From positions 164,982,001 to 165,046,000 of the forward strand of contig OZ024741.1 of NCBI GenBank assembly GCA_964016885.1: a stretch of DNA of 64,000 bases, read 5' to 3'. This document shows, piece by piece, positions 36,674-51,398 of the stretch. The notes under the pieces are model-generated. The model searched no databases and was not told the origin of the DNA. It saw nothing but the letters and a program-made list of their open reading frames with translations. This DNA is from Eledone cirrhosa (Eukaryota). Numbering within the stretch: position 1 is the stretch's first letter; each line of letters begins with the position of its first letter. Both the position numbers and the translations under genes were made by a program.

Positions 36674-37655
36674 TGCTGAAATACGCAGATGACAACAAGC
36701 TGTACCTTGAGATAAAAAGGACAGATCCTGTATACTATAGATTTTTCCTGCAATCAGACCTGGACACAATGCAGCAATGGATCACGGACTAGCAACTCAA
36801 GCTGGCTGTGGACAAGTGTAACACCATGCATTTTGGGAAGAAAAACCCACCGTTCACATACTCCCTCCACAACACCAATGACAAGAAGTTTTCTTGTGAA
36901 TGTGACCTGGGCATTATTGTCAACAGCGATTTGCATTGGACAAAGTGCATCTCTAAAACTGTAAAGAAGCTCGAAGGTGTCTTAGATTCAATCAGTAAGA
37001 TCTTTGTCAGCTACTCTCCAGCTATCTATTTAAAGCTGTATATAGCTATAATGCGTCCATACTTAAAATCTGGATCACCAATCTAGAACCCCATCTTGCT
37101 CAGAATATTGATCTCCTGGAAACTGTTCAGAGATGTGCAACGAAACAAATACCCTCCATCAGGCATCTACCATACTCTGAACACCTGGCTTCCTTGAGCA
37201 TGGATACATTAAAGATCCCATGTCTGGCAACTGACTTGGTAGACACCCACAAAATTATTAACCATCTTTCCAACAACAACCATGAGCACAATTTTGAATT
37301 CCATGCGTCTAACATCCATGGACATGCTTACGAAAATCAGAAAACAGTACATCTCCCATGACTTTCGGAAACATTTTTTCATGCTCAGAGTTGCTGAAGC
37401 ATGGAACAAACTACCTTTGCTCAGTTGTTTGCTCTTGAGACACTGGATCCTTCCATGCTTCCCGAAATTTGCCAACACTACACCTGATATTTCCCTCCAT
37501 AGATATGCACGCATGTGTCTGTCTATATATCATGACTCATACACAGTTCACTTTCTTGACATTTGTACATTATTCTATGTACTATACATGCACCTTTGAT
37601 GAGTTGTAGTGCACCTGAACACTGTACACAATAATTTTCATTATATATCATTATT
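36674..37655 (+). mobile_element. CR1-clade LINE 3' fragment
   Basis: KYADDNKLY...LQSDLD..QQW...KCNTMHFG...DLGIIV...RKHFF.LRV.EAWNKLP, with an ATT-rich tail. Confidence 0.92.
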
Positions 37656-38805
37656 ATATACAATTTTATTCCTGCCTGCACACTCACATACAATGATACA
37701 TATATTATTACCTAGATGATGTCTAAATTCAAATGAAAGAATCTTGTTCTGTGTTATAAACCCATTCTCTCTCTCTTTATTAGTGAGAGAAGAAAAAACA
37801 GAACTAGCACACACACAAAGAAGTTATATGTTTTGCATATAAGGTGGCAAACAGAATAATACTTCAACTCTTACAAGCAACTAGAAACATAATGTACAAT
37901 CTTTTTTTTTTTTTTTTTTTTTTACACTGGTGTATTGAATGGCCTTTTGAAATAATGGTTTCTACCATTGGCACTAGAGCACATATTAGGGGTGGAGGAG
38001 AAGGTTGGGGGGCATGTGTATCATTGTTAAAATTGACATAGCAATTGAAGGATACCTAATTTATTTATTTTGGAAGATCTATAGGCAAAACTCCACCTTA
38101 CTGATATTGAATTTCAGAATGGAAATAAAATGAGTTAACTAAAAACCATAAATCTAAGTCATATCTGTTCTTAGACACCAATAATGATTTCTAAATTTGG
38201 AAGGCCAGAATTTAGAGAGACTGGTGTAATCAATGGTCTTCACCTTTTTACAGTGTCTTTTTTAACTGTTTCTCACTGTGACACCCACCAAGAGCTGTAT
38301 TGTGACCCAATATGTTTATATGTTACTCTTACTTGCTTATTTTATCTATTTTGTGACCCACTAATGTGGTGGGACTTACACGTTGAAAAACTCAGCCTTA
38401 GAACAGCGATGGAAAATTTTATGTCAAACTGAATAGAAAGTGAAACTTGATGAGATTTGAACTTGCAACATAGAGGGACAAAATATAATACTATTAGGTA
38501 TTTGATACTAATACATCTACCAATTCACCACCCACTAACAGCCTGAAGATAAATTTGTCTCCCACCTTTGACCCAACTCAGAGGCTTTAAAAAGTGTCAT
38601 CTTTCTTTGACAGGGGCAATAAAATTTACTATACCATTATCATCATTTAACGTCCATTTTCTCTGCTAGTATATATATAAATATATAAATATAATTATTA
38701 TTGAGTAAAAAAATGACAGGAGGCTGGACTGGTGAAATTCCTAATATTTCATCATGGTTGACTATACGGAATGACCAGTTCTATCCAGTGGTGAATCACC
38801 AAACT

Positions 38806-38838
<33 letters not shown>

Positions 38839-38842
<4 letters not shown>

Positions 38843-39276
38843 TTGGGGAGGGTCATATTTGTGTAATATTGCCAGAATTAATAACAGAACACACTCACTG
38901 TTTGGTTGGTTTTCGCTTCTGTGTCTTTTATATCGGTAATCTAATTTATTCGGTCCTCAATGTTGCCATTGACTGACCGACTAAATAAAAATGGTGTAGA
39001 CATACAATGTAACGGGAGGAAACAATAGCACCACTGACGATGTTGCAGATGTGCAACGAAAGATTTATGATAAACTATATATATGTGTTTGTGTCTATAT
39101 TGTAACTGTATTATTTTTGACCGTCAGTCAGTCAATGGCAACATTGAGGACCGAATAAATTAGATTACCGATATAAAAGACACAGAAGCGAAAAGCGAAA
39201 ACCAACCAAACAGTGAGTGTGTTCTGTTATTAATTCTGGCAATATTACACAAATATGACCCTCCCCAAGTATAACA
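38839..39276. mobile_element. MITE with about 140-bp TIRs in (TA)n, superfamily unassigned
   Basis: ACTTGGGGAGGGTCATATTTGTG... at 38841-38978 is inverted at about 39124-39270. Confidence 0.85.
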
Positions 39277-40704
39277 ATATATATATATATATATACCATT
39301 AAGATATTTGGTTCAGCTAATTGTAGAACTGGTGGTTCTGGTAGGCAAATTATGATGCAACGAATTTTCAAAATACTCAACATTATGGATATCATTTATC
39401 ATGGATGTGGTATCCACTAGTTGGCACAGGTAATGGAGTAAAGTGTCTAAAATGACAACAGAAGGCTGTACTGGAAGATATGGGGTAATTTTAATTCCGT
39501 GATTTCACAGAATTAAAATTTTCAACTGAGAGAGAGAGATAGATGAATAGATAGGTGTGTGTTTGTAATAAGATATAATATAATATGATATAGAAAGAAG
39601 CAGCAGAAATCACTGAAGTGACTCAATTACATGAATTTTGATAATTAAATGAAAGGGTAGTTAGTTTAATCAACGTCATACACAAATTATAATCTTAATT
39701 TGTTTGGAAATTTCCCTGTGATTGGAGATAAAAAACAAAAACATAATGATAATTGGAAGTGAGTCCCAGAGAGAAGGGAAGATAATCTCACAAAACCAAC
39801 AATAAATTTAAGTCAATTTCAATGAAGTAGAAAGAGCAGTTCAATCTTTGTTGCAAGTATGGAATGACTATATACATATATTAATCTCTTAATCTAAAAT
39901 ATTATGGGTAATCATAAAACATATTTTTTCTTCAAATTATACAGTTCAAATACTCTATATTTATGAAGTAAACAGCTTTTATTTATTTTTATCTATACTT
40001 AAAATAAGAACTAAATACACAACAAATAAAATAAAATATAAACAAGGCAAAATTTCAATAATACTATCAAATATGGACAGAATTAACTTAAAGTATAAAA
40101 AGGAACTTTTAAGCACTAAATTTAGATATATATATATGTTTCTGACAGTTTCTGTAAATCTAAGTAATTTAAAATTATAAAGTCAAAACTCAAACACATT
40201 AATATTAAATGCTTTTGACCTGACCTTTCATAATTTACTATATTGTCTTGCAAACACTATTTTTAAAATCTGACATTATAAAAATATTTAAGTTTTAACT
40301 GAATATAAAGAACATTAATTATAGAGAACTGTCAAATGTCATGAGCAAAGCCCCACTCTACCAAAACTTAAAAATAAGATCCATACAAGATATATATATA
40401 TAGGGAAAGAGAAATAAAAGGGTTTTCATGTGTGTTTATTTGTATATAGATGGTCAATTTAGCAGAATCAGTTGAGTGCTGGGTATTTATTCTTGTTCTC
40501 TGTGGTCAAGGTTTATTTCACCTTCTTTTCATCAAGCTGTCACATCCAGGATCTTCTGCTGGATCAATGGATGGTGGGTAGGTTCAAGAAAATGCATATA
40601 TCTATTTGTGATGCATGGGCACCTAAAATATTTATAGAACGCAGGTGGCATCTAGGATAAACTCACACATATATACACACATACACATACAACAATAACA
40701 CCAA

Positions 40705-40985
40705 TAACAGAGGCATAGAATATGAAATGCACAGACTGAGAATCTGGAACTGCCATAAAGTTGTTATTATCCCAATTGTAATAGGAACCTTAGGGAAAGT
40801 CACTAGAAGTTTGAATAGTTGGTTGAAAATGTTGGATATAATAGCAAATCTCCTAATTCTACAGAAAGCCTGTTTGGCACAGCAAGAAGCATAACAAATG
40901 AGATCGAGGTATCTTGCTATCTAGAAATCCATTGCCAACAGAACAATGGTGAAATGCTGAGTGATAAAAGAAATAATAATAATTT
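40705..40985 (+). mobile_element. R4/Dong-like LINE 3' fragment
   Basis: IWNCHKVVIIPIVIGTLGKV...LQKACL(frameshift)GTAR, ending in (TAA)n. Confidence 0.8.
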
Positions 40986-41668
40986 TTTCTAATATTAGCA
41001 CAAGGCCAGCAATTAGAAGGGGAGGGGAAAGCAACTAATGCTGTGCAACAAACGGAGTAATAATGGTTTCTGATTTAGACACAAGACCAACAATTTTGGG
41101 GGAAGGGAAAGTATATTAAATCAACCCCAGTATGATACTGGTACTTTATTTTATCAACCCTGTAAGGAAGAAAGGCAAATTTAAACTTTGGCAGGATTTG
41201 AACTCAGAACGTAAAGACCCAGAACAAATGCTGCAATGCAATTATATTTTAAATGCTTTGCCAATCCACTGTAATAATAATAATAATAATAAGGCGAAGA
41301 AAAAAAAATTAATACAGAACACCAAATTGCTTATCCTATGGTTAATCAGGAAGCGCGTCCCCAGGAAGGTACCAACCTGAGATCGAAAAGTCTTCCTCTG
41401 GCACAAACTCTTCTCCAATTATGGACCTGGATGTTGACTTGAACAGGGGTTGCCCCAACTCGAGACCCCCCCCCCCCAAAAAAAAATGGAAAAGGATGAA
41501 ATGAACCCGAGGAGAGTATAAAGAAGTAATATACACATATTACTATTCATTAGGTAAGCCCCCACATTTTAATTTTTTTTGCCCTAGGTATCTAGAAGAC
41601 ACTCAGCATATAGCGGAAATAATACTGAACGGAAAGGAAGGAAAAACAATAATAATAATAATAATAAT

Positions 41669-41999
41669 AATTGTTTCTACGTTTGGCCAGCAATTACCCA
41701 GTGCATTACTGGTACTTTATTTTATCAACCCCGTAAGGATGAAAGGCAAAGTTAACCTTGGCGGGATTTGAAATAATAATAATGGTTTCTGATTTAGGCA
41801 CAAGGCCAGCAATTTACGGGGCGGGGAAAGTTGATAAAATCGACCCCAGTGCATTACTGGTACTTTATTTTATCGACCCCGTAAGGATAAAAGGCAAAGT
41901 TAACCTTGGCGGGATTTGAACTCAGAATGTAAAGGGCCATAACTGTATGCTGCAAAGCATGGTGTCTGACGCTCTACCGATACTGCCAATCCGCCACCA
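41669..41999 (-). mobile_element. Two adjacent family A SINEs (truncated short form plus full long form) in an (AAT)n cluster
   Basis: 41669-41772 and 41775-41999. Older copies nearby at 41060-41275 and 42000-42195. Confidence 0.88.
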
Positions 42000-44897
42000 T
42001 AATAATAATTGTTTTTGATTTAGAAACACAACCAACAATTTGGAGGGAGGGGAAAATATTTTACTTTATTTTAACAAGTACTTTATTTTATCAACCATGG
42101 AAGGACAAAAGGCAAAGTTGACATCATAAACTAAAATGCTGGAACGTACTGTAGGGTTTTTGTCAGACACACTAAACATTCTGCCAATCCACAATATAAT
42201 AAAAACCTAAAACAATCTGATGTTGCACACAGAATGAGAAAGCGAAATCTAAATAAATAATAAACTGTGGGAGGTGAGAGGGGCAGAAGAGTAATAGAAA
42301 ATGGAGAAGAGTTAAAGCTGGTTTGGATGAGGAGAAAGTTTGATTTGATAAGCTGCCAGTTGTGAGAGTTAAAAATGTTATTAGAATACATTTCTAATAT
42401 ACAGCCTATTGCAAGAAAGAAAGGCTGGAAAAGAAAGCAGCATTTATTCATTGGTTGGCTGAGTATTGATGTATTGATCTCATAGAAATGTTATAAATTG
42501 ATTGCACTTAATTACCTATGTTTGGCACTTGTACATAATGGTAAGTTTAAATGTTAAATAAAAACAGATGTCTACATGTATGGAGTCAAAAGTGTATTCA
42601 AAATAACAACATGGAAAGAAGAAATTAATGGTAAAAAATGAAAACTAATGGAGTTCCCTTAAAAGAAAGCTAAGTTAAGGAAAGGAAAGTTAAAACAAGG
42701 TGGCTAAGTTAAACCTTTTCATACCAACCCACCCAAAACTGCCTCAATTCTATAATGACAAATCACTTATTTTACACTATTCATATTAAAAAAAAAAATG
42801 TTATTAAACTATGAACTAAACACAAGCATAATAATATTGTTAGTTATTTTAATAAATTCCTTCAAATTGCTGATTATTTGCATAGGTGGTGTTTTTCATA
42901 AGAAATATAGTAATGAAAGGATTAAGGAAAAGATGACTATGTCAAGGAAGAGAAGGCTATGGTAAAGAAGAGATGGTTAGGATAAGGAGCAGGTAGTTAA
43001 GTTCAGGTAAAGAAGGTTAAGGAGAGGAAAGGGAAGGTTAAGATTAGGAAGAGATGGCTCAGGTAGGGAAGTAAAGAAAAGTAAGTCAAGGGGACAATAA
43101 TATATTAGATGAGGAAGGAGGAATGTGTGGACAAACTGAAGAGAGAAAGGGCTGGCAGGTTGATATATATAATGATACAAAATATACATAGATAGACTAA
43201 CCTAGATACATGATGTAAAAAAAGGAAATAATGAAGGGTAGGAAACTATGACAAAAAGTATACAAGCTAAAAGAGAGGTCTTAGCAGGAAAGAAGGCACT
43301 ACCATCTAGAAGGTGGCTATTCTCAATCTGTAGAAAAAAGGAGTAGGTAGGAATTCCATAGAATGTGTTTGCTGTAAACTGTGGGTGCACAAGAGGTGGA
43401 ACAATCAGCAGACTCTTTTTATACAGAACTGCCCCTTACTCTATGATACAAAACTGTTTTAAAATGTTTATATTTATCTAAAAACCTTCCATCATAATTT
43501 TATGTAAGGACATTTGTTACAGTATGTTCCAAACAGTAGCTTGATAATGAGAAAGTTAGTTATATTACTAAATTTCTTTAAATTCTTGATTATTTTCAAA
43601 ATTATTTGAAACACATAGGCAGTATTTTTCACTAGAAGATGGTGATGAAAGAATTAAATGTAGCAGATGCAGAGAAGTTGTTCACAGTAAGAGCAGTACC
43701 TAGAAAGCTCAATAGAAGTAGCTGACAGGTTCTATTACATAAGTAACTAATTTGGCTATGGATGAAGGTGTTTCAAAACTACAGTAGCATGGACACTAGA
43801 TCACCATGGAAAAAGTGTAGAGCGTTATTACCTCGGCGAACAACAAAAGGATTCTGTTTTTGAGTAAAGAGCAGATTGTACATTGTTTCTGTACAACAAA
43901 TGTTTTAAGGCCAATTTCCCTGCTAAAGGCTGAGATCAGTCTTGCAGGTCGTATAACAGATGTCATATTAACAAGGGGTCTTTCTTTAGTGCATAAAGTT
44001 ATACACCATTGCAAGGTAGCAAAATATTTGAATGTCAGTCTTGATTGTTATACCAACCTTTAAATGTCAGAGCTGTCTGTTATAGAAAAATGTGCTAATT
44101 AGCAGAGGTATGTTATATTTAATACGTTTAACCAATATATTAAACTACATTAGGCAATTATTAGATATTAACTAAGATAGTGGTAATCTATGTCAATTAA
44201 AAACTAAAATGCTACTTTCAAGGGCTTAATACAATATTTTCCAAAATAAAAAAATAAAAAATTCTATGATTTCATGAGACAAATTGTCTTTTCCTATGAA
44301 AACCTATAGTGAATTTTCAAATTCAACTTTTAATACAAAAATTCTTTAAATGTTTTTACTATGAATACATTCTCTATTTATAAAAAAATATTTTATTTCA
44401 TTTAAAGTCTTATTAAACTGATGGTAGTGGAAATTGTCAGTAAAAGATAGGTATAGGTTCCAGGATTTTGGCTAAAATTTTATATGGATTTTGCAACAAA
44501 ATAAATTGGGAAACCACTGTTTATTACATTTTAATGAACACCATAGAAGGAGGAAATGCAATACAGATGTGGGTGAGAGCTGAACTAAAAAAATATGAAG
44601 CATGATTTAAAAAACCAGTGGTAATATTGACTGAAACCTATTACACACATATATATCGACAGTCAATCAAAATGATCCCAGACCTCGTCAAATCAGACGG
44701 AGGAAACAATGTTTCTATTGGTTTTTCCAATTGCTAATACTATCTACTGGTTGCAAATCCAGGCAAAGGGAGCAACATGAAATAATGTGTCTTGCTCATG
44801 GCTCAGTCTGGGAATCGAACTCACAGCCTCACAATTGTGAATCCAATTCTCTAACCACTCACACATGTGCCTTCAATATACACATATATATGTATAT

Positions 44898-45277
44898 TAG
44901 GGTGGCCCTTATTTTTCAACTTTCTAAAAGTTTAGCTCCCACCCCTCTATCTTGTTTCAAAACCAATCTATGCGAAACATTAGCTCAAGCGGACAACTGC
45001 AAGGCGACCCTCATCAACTGTGAAATTTTGAAGTTTTCACCCTGAAAATCATTGTTTCAGATAAAAATTTGTTATCTCTCATATAATTTTCTCTTAAATT
45101 AAAAACTTGTTCAGACTTATTCTTGATATTAGAAGGTAAGTAACAATAAATATAATGGGGAAGGCAACTTGCAAAGCTGGGGACAGAGCGCAGGTATAGG
45201 GTAAATACCTATTTTTCACTGTGGGAACAGTAAAATATTAACTTTTGGAAAATTACCTATTGCTAAGGGCCACTCTA
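44898..45277. mobile_element. hATm-like non-autonomous DNA transposon
   Basis: TIRs TAGGGTGGCCCTTA and TAAGGGCCACTCTA. The subfamily assignment is from recall. Confidence 0.7.
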
Positions 45278-45390
45278 ATATACATATATCTGTATGTGGT
45301 TGACAGCTGAGAGAAATGAGTACTAGGTATTGAGTAATATATATGTATATATACATATATATAAATATGAAAACAAGGATAGTAAGGAGA

Positions 45391-45424
<34 letters not shown>

Positions 45425-45924
45425 TCTCCTTACTATCCTTGTTTTCATATTTCTCCTTGCTCCCCTTTTCTCATTGTATTTGTATATAAACAAGTACATA
45501 GATACAAAGAGAAAGGGAGAGCAAGGAGAAAAGGAGAGCAAGGATAAAGGAGATTAAGGAGAAAAGGAGAGCAAGGATAAAGGAGAGGAAGGAGGAAAGG
45601 AGAGAAAGCATAAAGGAGAGGAAGGAGAAAAGGACAGGAAGGAGAAAAGGAATGCAATGAGAAAAGGAATGCAATGAGAAAAGGAGAGCAAGGATAAAAG
45701 GTGAGCAAGAATAAAGGAGAGGGAGGAGACCAGGGGAGGAAGGAGAAAAAGAGAGCAAGGTGGGGAAGGAGAAAAGGAGAGCAAGGAGAGCAATGAGAGG
45801 AATGAGAAAAGGAGAGCAATGAGAGGAATGAGAAAAGGAGAGCAAGGAGGTTAAAGCAAATATTGCTCAAATTATGCTGGAAGCAGACAAAGGTGAAGAA
45901 GAAGGAGAGGAAAAAAATCAAGAG

Positions 45925-46900
45925 GTAAATTCTGCACCAAAATGACTTTTCTTCCCTTACAAACATTGAGTTTTCGTTTTTTGTAACTCCTGGTATAAAA
46001 ATCTTTCTTCACGCAATTTTCTATCAGCACAAACACCCTTCAACATAGAAGGATGATCCTGGTTACAAATGTGGAAATGAATAACTTGAGATATCAGTTG
46101 TGAATGATGTTGCAGAAAGAGGTGTCAAACTTATTCAGGATTACAATAACATTCTCTCAAAAGATGAAACTGAGAAACAATTAGTTTTACAGATCGTTAC
46201 CCAAAACCGTAAAACATACCCAACTGCCACTAAATCCTCTCTTATGCAAAAATAATTGTTTCTACTTTTGGCACAAGGCCAGCAATTACCCAGTGCATTA
46301 CTGGTACTTTATTTTATCGACCCCATAAGGATGAAAGGCAAAGTTAACCTCGACGGGATTTGAACTCAGATTGTAAAGGGACCTAACTATGCTGCAAAGC
46401 ATGGCGTCCGACCCTCTACCGATACTGCCAATTCACCGCCCTTATGCAAAAATAATGTTCAGTGTTCACATTATGTTTTTGATTCCATATAAATTATTGT
46501 TGTAAATAAAAATGTCTTTCTCTTATAGAAGTTGTGTGCTTTATTAAGAAAACCTAATATATCTTAAGTTTTTCATGTTATTTCAGGAAATTTTCTAATT
46601 AACTACTGGTAAATTTGATTCAGAACATTTAAAAACATTTGCTGGGGTTGCCTGGATGTGTCCACATTAATTTTTCTAAGAAGAAAAAAGAAAATGGTTG
46701 AGATAGGGAACAGTATACCGCTTTTGAACAGAATTAATCGTTGCGTATACTATGTTCCAACTTCAAGGCATTTGAGGGTCGCCTAACAGTTGCCCGATTG
46801 AGCTGTAATTTTGCACATCCCATGTGTTTGTTAATTGAAACAGGATTAGTGGGTGGGAGCAGCAAAGTTTTAACTTTCGGAAAATTACCTATTGCTAATG
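45925..46900 (+). mobile_element. 3' part of a related hATm-like element with transposase C-terminus (46097-46255)
   Basis: VVNDVAERGVKLIQDYNNILSKDETEKQLVLQIVTQNRKTYP...stop. The right end at 46774-46898 is an imperfect inverted copy of 44935-45012 and matches 45228-45266. Confidence 0.75.
46252..46442 (-). mobile_element. SINE family A with 16-bp TSD, inserted at the transposase stop codon
   Basis: CTTATGCAAAAATAAT at 46241-46256 and 46441-46456. Confidence 0.92.
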
Positions 46901-47231
46901 TATATATATGTGTGACAGCTGAGCCCCTGCAGGCTTTCTATCTACCAAATTTCATATAGAATGTATTGCTCAACCCAATCCCTCAGTAGGATAATGGAAA
47001 GAGATTTCTTTAACCACGCAACCATGCCTATTTGAATGACAGAATATAATCTCTACCTTGTACAAAATCAATCTCTTCCATTGATGTATTCATAATGGAT
47101 TTACACTCTTAGTTACTTTCTGATGGGATCACTTGTAGAAGTATTGATAGATTTCTAGCTTTTATCATATACTATTCAACAAAATGTATTTATTTTCTCT
47201 CTCTCTCTCTCTCCCCCTCTCTCTCTCTTTC

Positions 47232-47262
<31 letters not shown>

Positions 47263-48696
47263 ATTCCTCTCCCTTTTTCTCTCCCCATTGAGTTCACCTT
47301 TACTTTCATCATTTCAGAGCTGATATAATAAAGTACCTTGCCAGGGCAGTGAGTTAGCAGAATTGTGATAATATATTTGGTCTGGCTCATTGCATTCTGT
47401 ATCAAAATCCTAGTGTAGCATACCTGGATGGCAGGCTTAATTGGTTGACTAATTTATCACCACTACCTGGTGCCCTAGGTAGGTAGCTTTAACAGTGTCC
47501 ACTCACGTGCAAAGCTTAGTCTTCAAGAATACCTTCCTCTCTTTCTCAACATGCTTGTCCGTTCCTTTCTCACTAAACATAACAAACACAATAAAGACTA
47601 GATTACATTACAATGGGGTCAATTCCTCCTTATCATAATTTTATGTCCCTTTTTTATGCTGGCAGGTATTTGACAGAGCAATACAAGACTTGAGAGGACT
47701 TTTCAATCTAGCGAAACATGTGTCAGCCTCTCTAGTGCTAGTGCCATGATAAACACACACACAATACATACTGTGAGGTGTTAGCTTTCATACAATGAGA
47801 AAATACACCCAGTACCTTGGAAGGAGGTTGGCATTAGGAAGAGCATCCAGCCATAGTAAACGTGCCAAATATGGAATATATATGCAAGATGTGTAGTAAT
47901 TTCAACTCGTTTGGTTGCGGACAGTAACAACCCATCCAGCCCATACTCACATGGAAAGTGGACATGAAATGATGATGATGAGGAATTGTATAAATACAAT
48001 CATCGGAGGGGTAAGGAAATAGATATATTTCTAACTTAGAGAAAGGGTGAGCAGATTTTTTTGGGAAAGGTAAAGTTGATTAATTCAAACTGAGTACTTG
48101 CCTTATACTTTATTTTATCGACCCCAGAAAGATGAAATGTAAAGTGATATAGGTGGGATTTGAACTCAGAATGTAAAGAGCCAGAACAAATACTTTAATG
48201 GCATTTTATCTGAAGCTCCATCAATTCTGTCAATCTTCCATACTAGGTGTAACAAAATATAGTGACAACAAAAAAATATAGATTGTAGCATTTCCAGAGT
48301 CAATACCAATGAGAATAGAGTTGGTTAGAAAAGAGACATTGTTTCATGTTGAAAGGAAGTGATCAAAGTGGCAAGCCTGTATGAAGGAAGTGTATTCAGT
48401 AGTAGTGGTAGTATTTTCAGGAAGCTGTTGACTATGATCAATGACAGACTATATTGGTGACCACATGGACTTCTTATGCTATTTAAATTTACTGGCTGGG
48501 CTTGATGGTTCTTTCTTTGTGTGTAATACTGAATGAGACAAAGTGAAGGGGAGGAGAGTTGATGGGAGTAATGAGTATGAGGAAGGGGAGGGAATGGCAA
48601 AGGTTAAGATTAGATGACAAAGAAAAACACAATAAAACAAATAAATCAAATTCAATACAGATATAGAATGAGTATCCATTTTCTGTCCCCTGTGAG

Positions 48697-48767
48697 TGTA
48701 TATATATACACACACACACACATATATATACATATACACACATATATATACACAGACACATACACAC

Positions 48768-48800
<33 letters not shown>

Positions 48801-48879
48801 TATATATATATATACACACACATACACATATATATATATACACACACATACACATATATATATATATATATACACACAT

Positions 48880-48924
<45 letters not shown>

Positions 48925-48951
48925 TATATATACATATACACACATATATAT

Positions 48952-48982
<31 letters not shown>

Positions 48983-48991
48983 CACACACAC

Positions 48992-49036
<45 letters not shown>

Positions 49037-49043
49037 CACACAT

Positions 49044-49090
<47 letters not shown>

Positions 49091-49111
49091 TATATACATA
49101 CACACACACAC

Positions 49112-49156
<45 letters not shown>

Positions 49157-49181
49157 CACACACACACACATATATATATAT

Positions 49182-49212
<31 letters not shown>

Positions 49213-49219
49213 CACACAT

Positions 49220-49258
<39 letters not shown>

Positions 49259-49325
49259 TATATACATACACACACACACATATATATATATATACACACA
49301 CACACACATATATATATATATACAT

Positions 49326-49366
<41 letters not shown>
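48697..49366. repeat. Compound (TA)n/(CA)n microsatellite, about 670 bp
   Basis: Direct inspection; source of the 220-290 aa pseudo-ORFs. Confidence 0.97.
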
Positions 49367-49555
49367 GGGAAAGATGGCTGAGCTCCGGCCGTTTCGACAG
49401 CTAGATCAGAACAGTTCGAATCTAGCTGTGGAAACGGCCAGAGCTCAGCCGTCTTGGTCCTGACTCTTTTCCTATTACCCACTCTACTACCCTAAGTATT
49501 GAGTACTCTGGTGCGTTATGGTCCACCTGGTATCTTACCCCACCCTCTTTGTTAT
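49367..49555 (+). mobile_element. Fold-back mini element (Penelope-like); second copy at 36050-36210
   Basis: 35-bp inverted arms followed by a shared 3' extension TTCCTATTACCCACTCTAC...TGGTCCACCTGGTATC...CCCTCTTTGTTATATA. Confidence 0.7.
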
Positions 49556-50096
49556 ATATATATATGTTCAAAATGGTGAACTGACCACATGTTTTTTTTT
49601 TTTCAACCAACTTTTTTTCTTTTCCTTCCTCTTCTTACTCTCTATTTTTCTATTATTTCTCATTCTATCTTCCGATGAAGGACTAATGTCCAAAACATTA
49701 AAACTCTTTTCATACTATATCAAGCATTAAACCATTATTTTTCTTTGTTGTACTGTAATGTTTGCTTTATAATTTCCCTTTGTGATAAATGTAAAATTAT
49801 GAGGTTGATGATAAGTATACTGAGTATGTATGTGTGTATGTAGATATATCTGTATATATCGATCGACTTTTGTTAAATCGGACCGAGGAAATAATGTTTC
49901 CGTTGGTCTTTCCAGTTGCTAGTACTATCTATCAGTCACAACTCCAGGTAGAAGGAGCAACGTGAAATAAAGTGTCTTGCTCAAGGACATAACGCATCGC
50001 CCGGTCCAAGAATCGAACTCACCACCTCAAGATTGCGAATCCAATTGTGCTTCGACCAGCTTCACCGCTACTTACTACAAGTTACCCGCCTAATAA

Positions 50097-50137
<41 letters not shown>

Positions 50138-51398
50138 CTCGATGCTGTTACAATATCCACCTTTCATTAGGTTGTGCTCCAGGTAATAAAGTTTACAAAA
50201 AGCTGCAATTCTTATTGTCACTTTATACATATATATATATGGACATACAACCATAACAAAATTGCCAAAGGGTCGAGAGGCGTGCTCAGTGGTGTCAAAG
50301 ACATGAAAACATCCCTTGTCGTGGTGCCGCAAGAAAATGCAGCCAGTACACTCTGTAGAGTAGAAGAATGCATGTAAGCAAGATGCAGGCCTATGACCTG
50401 TCTGAGAAGTTTGTAGCTAACACTAAATATTAACATGGACTGACGACCTGTCCAACCCTTGCTAAGCGCACAAATTAATATATATTTTAATTAACTATCA
50501 ACATGAGCACTAATAATATGCAAATCAGTACATCCATCTATAGGGTACATAAGCCACTTAATTACGTATTTCCTTCAGGTTGTTTAGATGATATAGGTAA
50601 CTTCTGATGAAAGTCCAATTAGGCTTATATACATATTATATGCATATATACAATTAAACATATATATCATTATATTTTCAACTTACAGGGAAATACATAT
50701 TTGATATGTTTACATGTCTATATAACAAAAATGTGTTGAATTATATACACATTTAAGCAGCATTGGTTACTTCTACTCTGCATATATACAGATCAAATTT
50801 TATTCAGTAAATGGTTACTTCATCATGAATTCTCCCAGGATAGTAAACTAATAAAAGAAAACTTCCCACATTACTTGAATAACTTAAATTTTAACTTCTT
50901 TTACACATTTCTCAGAAGTTGTTTTATAGTTGTTATTTAATCTGCAAATCACATTGTAGACAAAACCAAACAGAAACAGCAAAAATTTAAAGCAATTCTT
51001 TTAAATGTCTCTAAAATTAATTTATTTTTCAGTAAAACTATTGATTTTCTTGGCTTTCTTAAAAGCAGGAATTAAATTATCAGCTAATGTTTATCTATTT
51101 ATTTCAATTACAGAAATAACATTTTGTTCAACATGAAGTTTGAGAATACAAAGTAGTTCTACCACTAACAACTAACTACCTCTAATGCAATCTTGCACAA
51201 CTAGTTCTAGTCATGTAACTACATTATAGGGTGCAAGATACAATAACAGAGCCAAACATAATTTGAAAATAGAAATTATCCAAATAAACAGAAACTGCGG
51301 GGAAACCCATCATATGGACATCATTGTCGGAATAATCAGTTTATGTCCGTTTTCCATGCTGGACTGTCATGCTAGGCTATCATGGACTAAGTTGGTTC

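Noticed and set aside
45445-45966. Hydrophobic 173-aa ORF
   Set aside because: Translation of a low-complexity GGAGAAAA repeat.
48479-49482. ORFs of 220-290 aa rich in Y/I/C/V/H/T
   Set aside because: Translations of a (TA)/(CA) microsatellite; the same applies to most short ORFs in the track.
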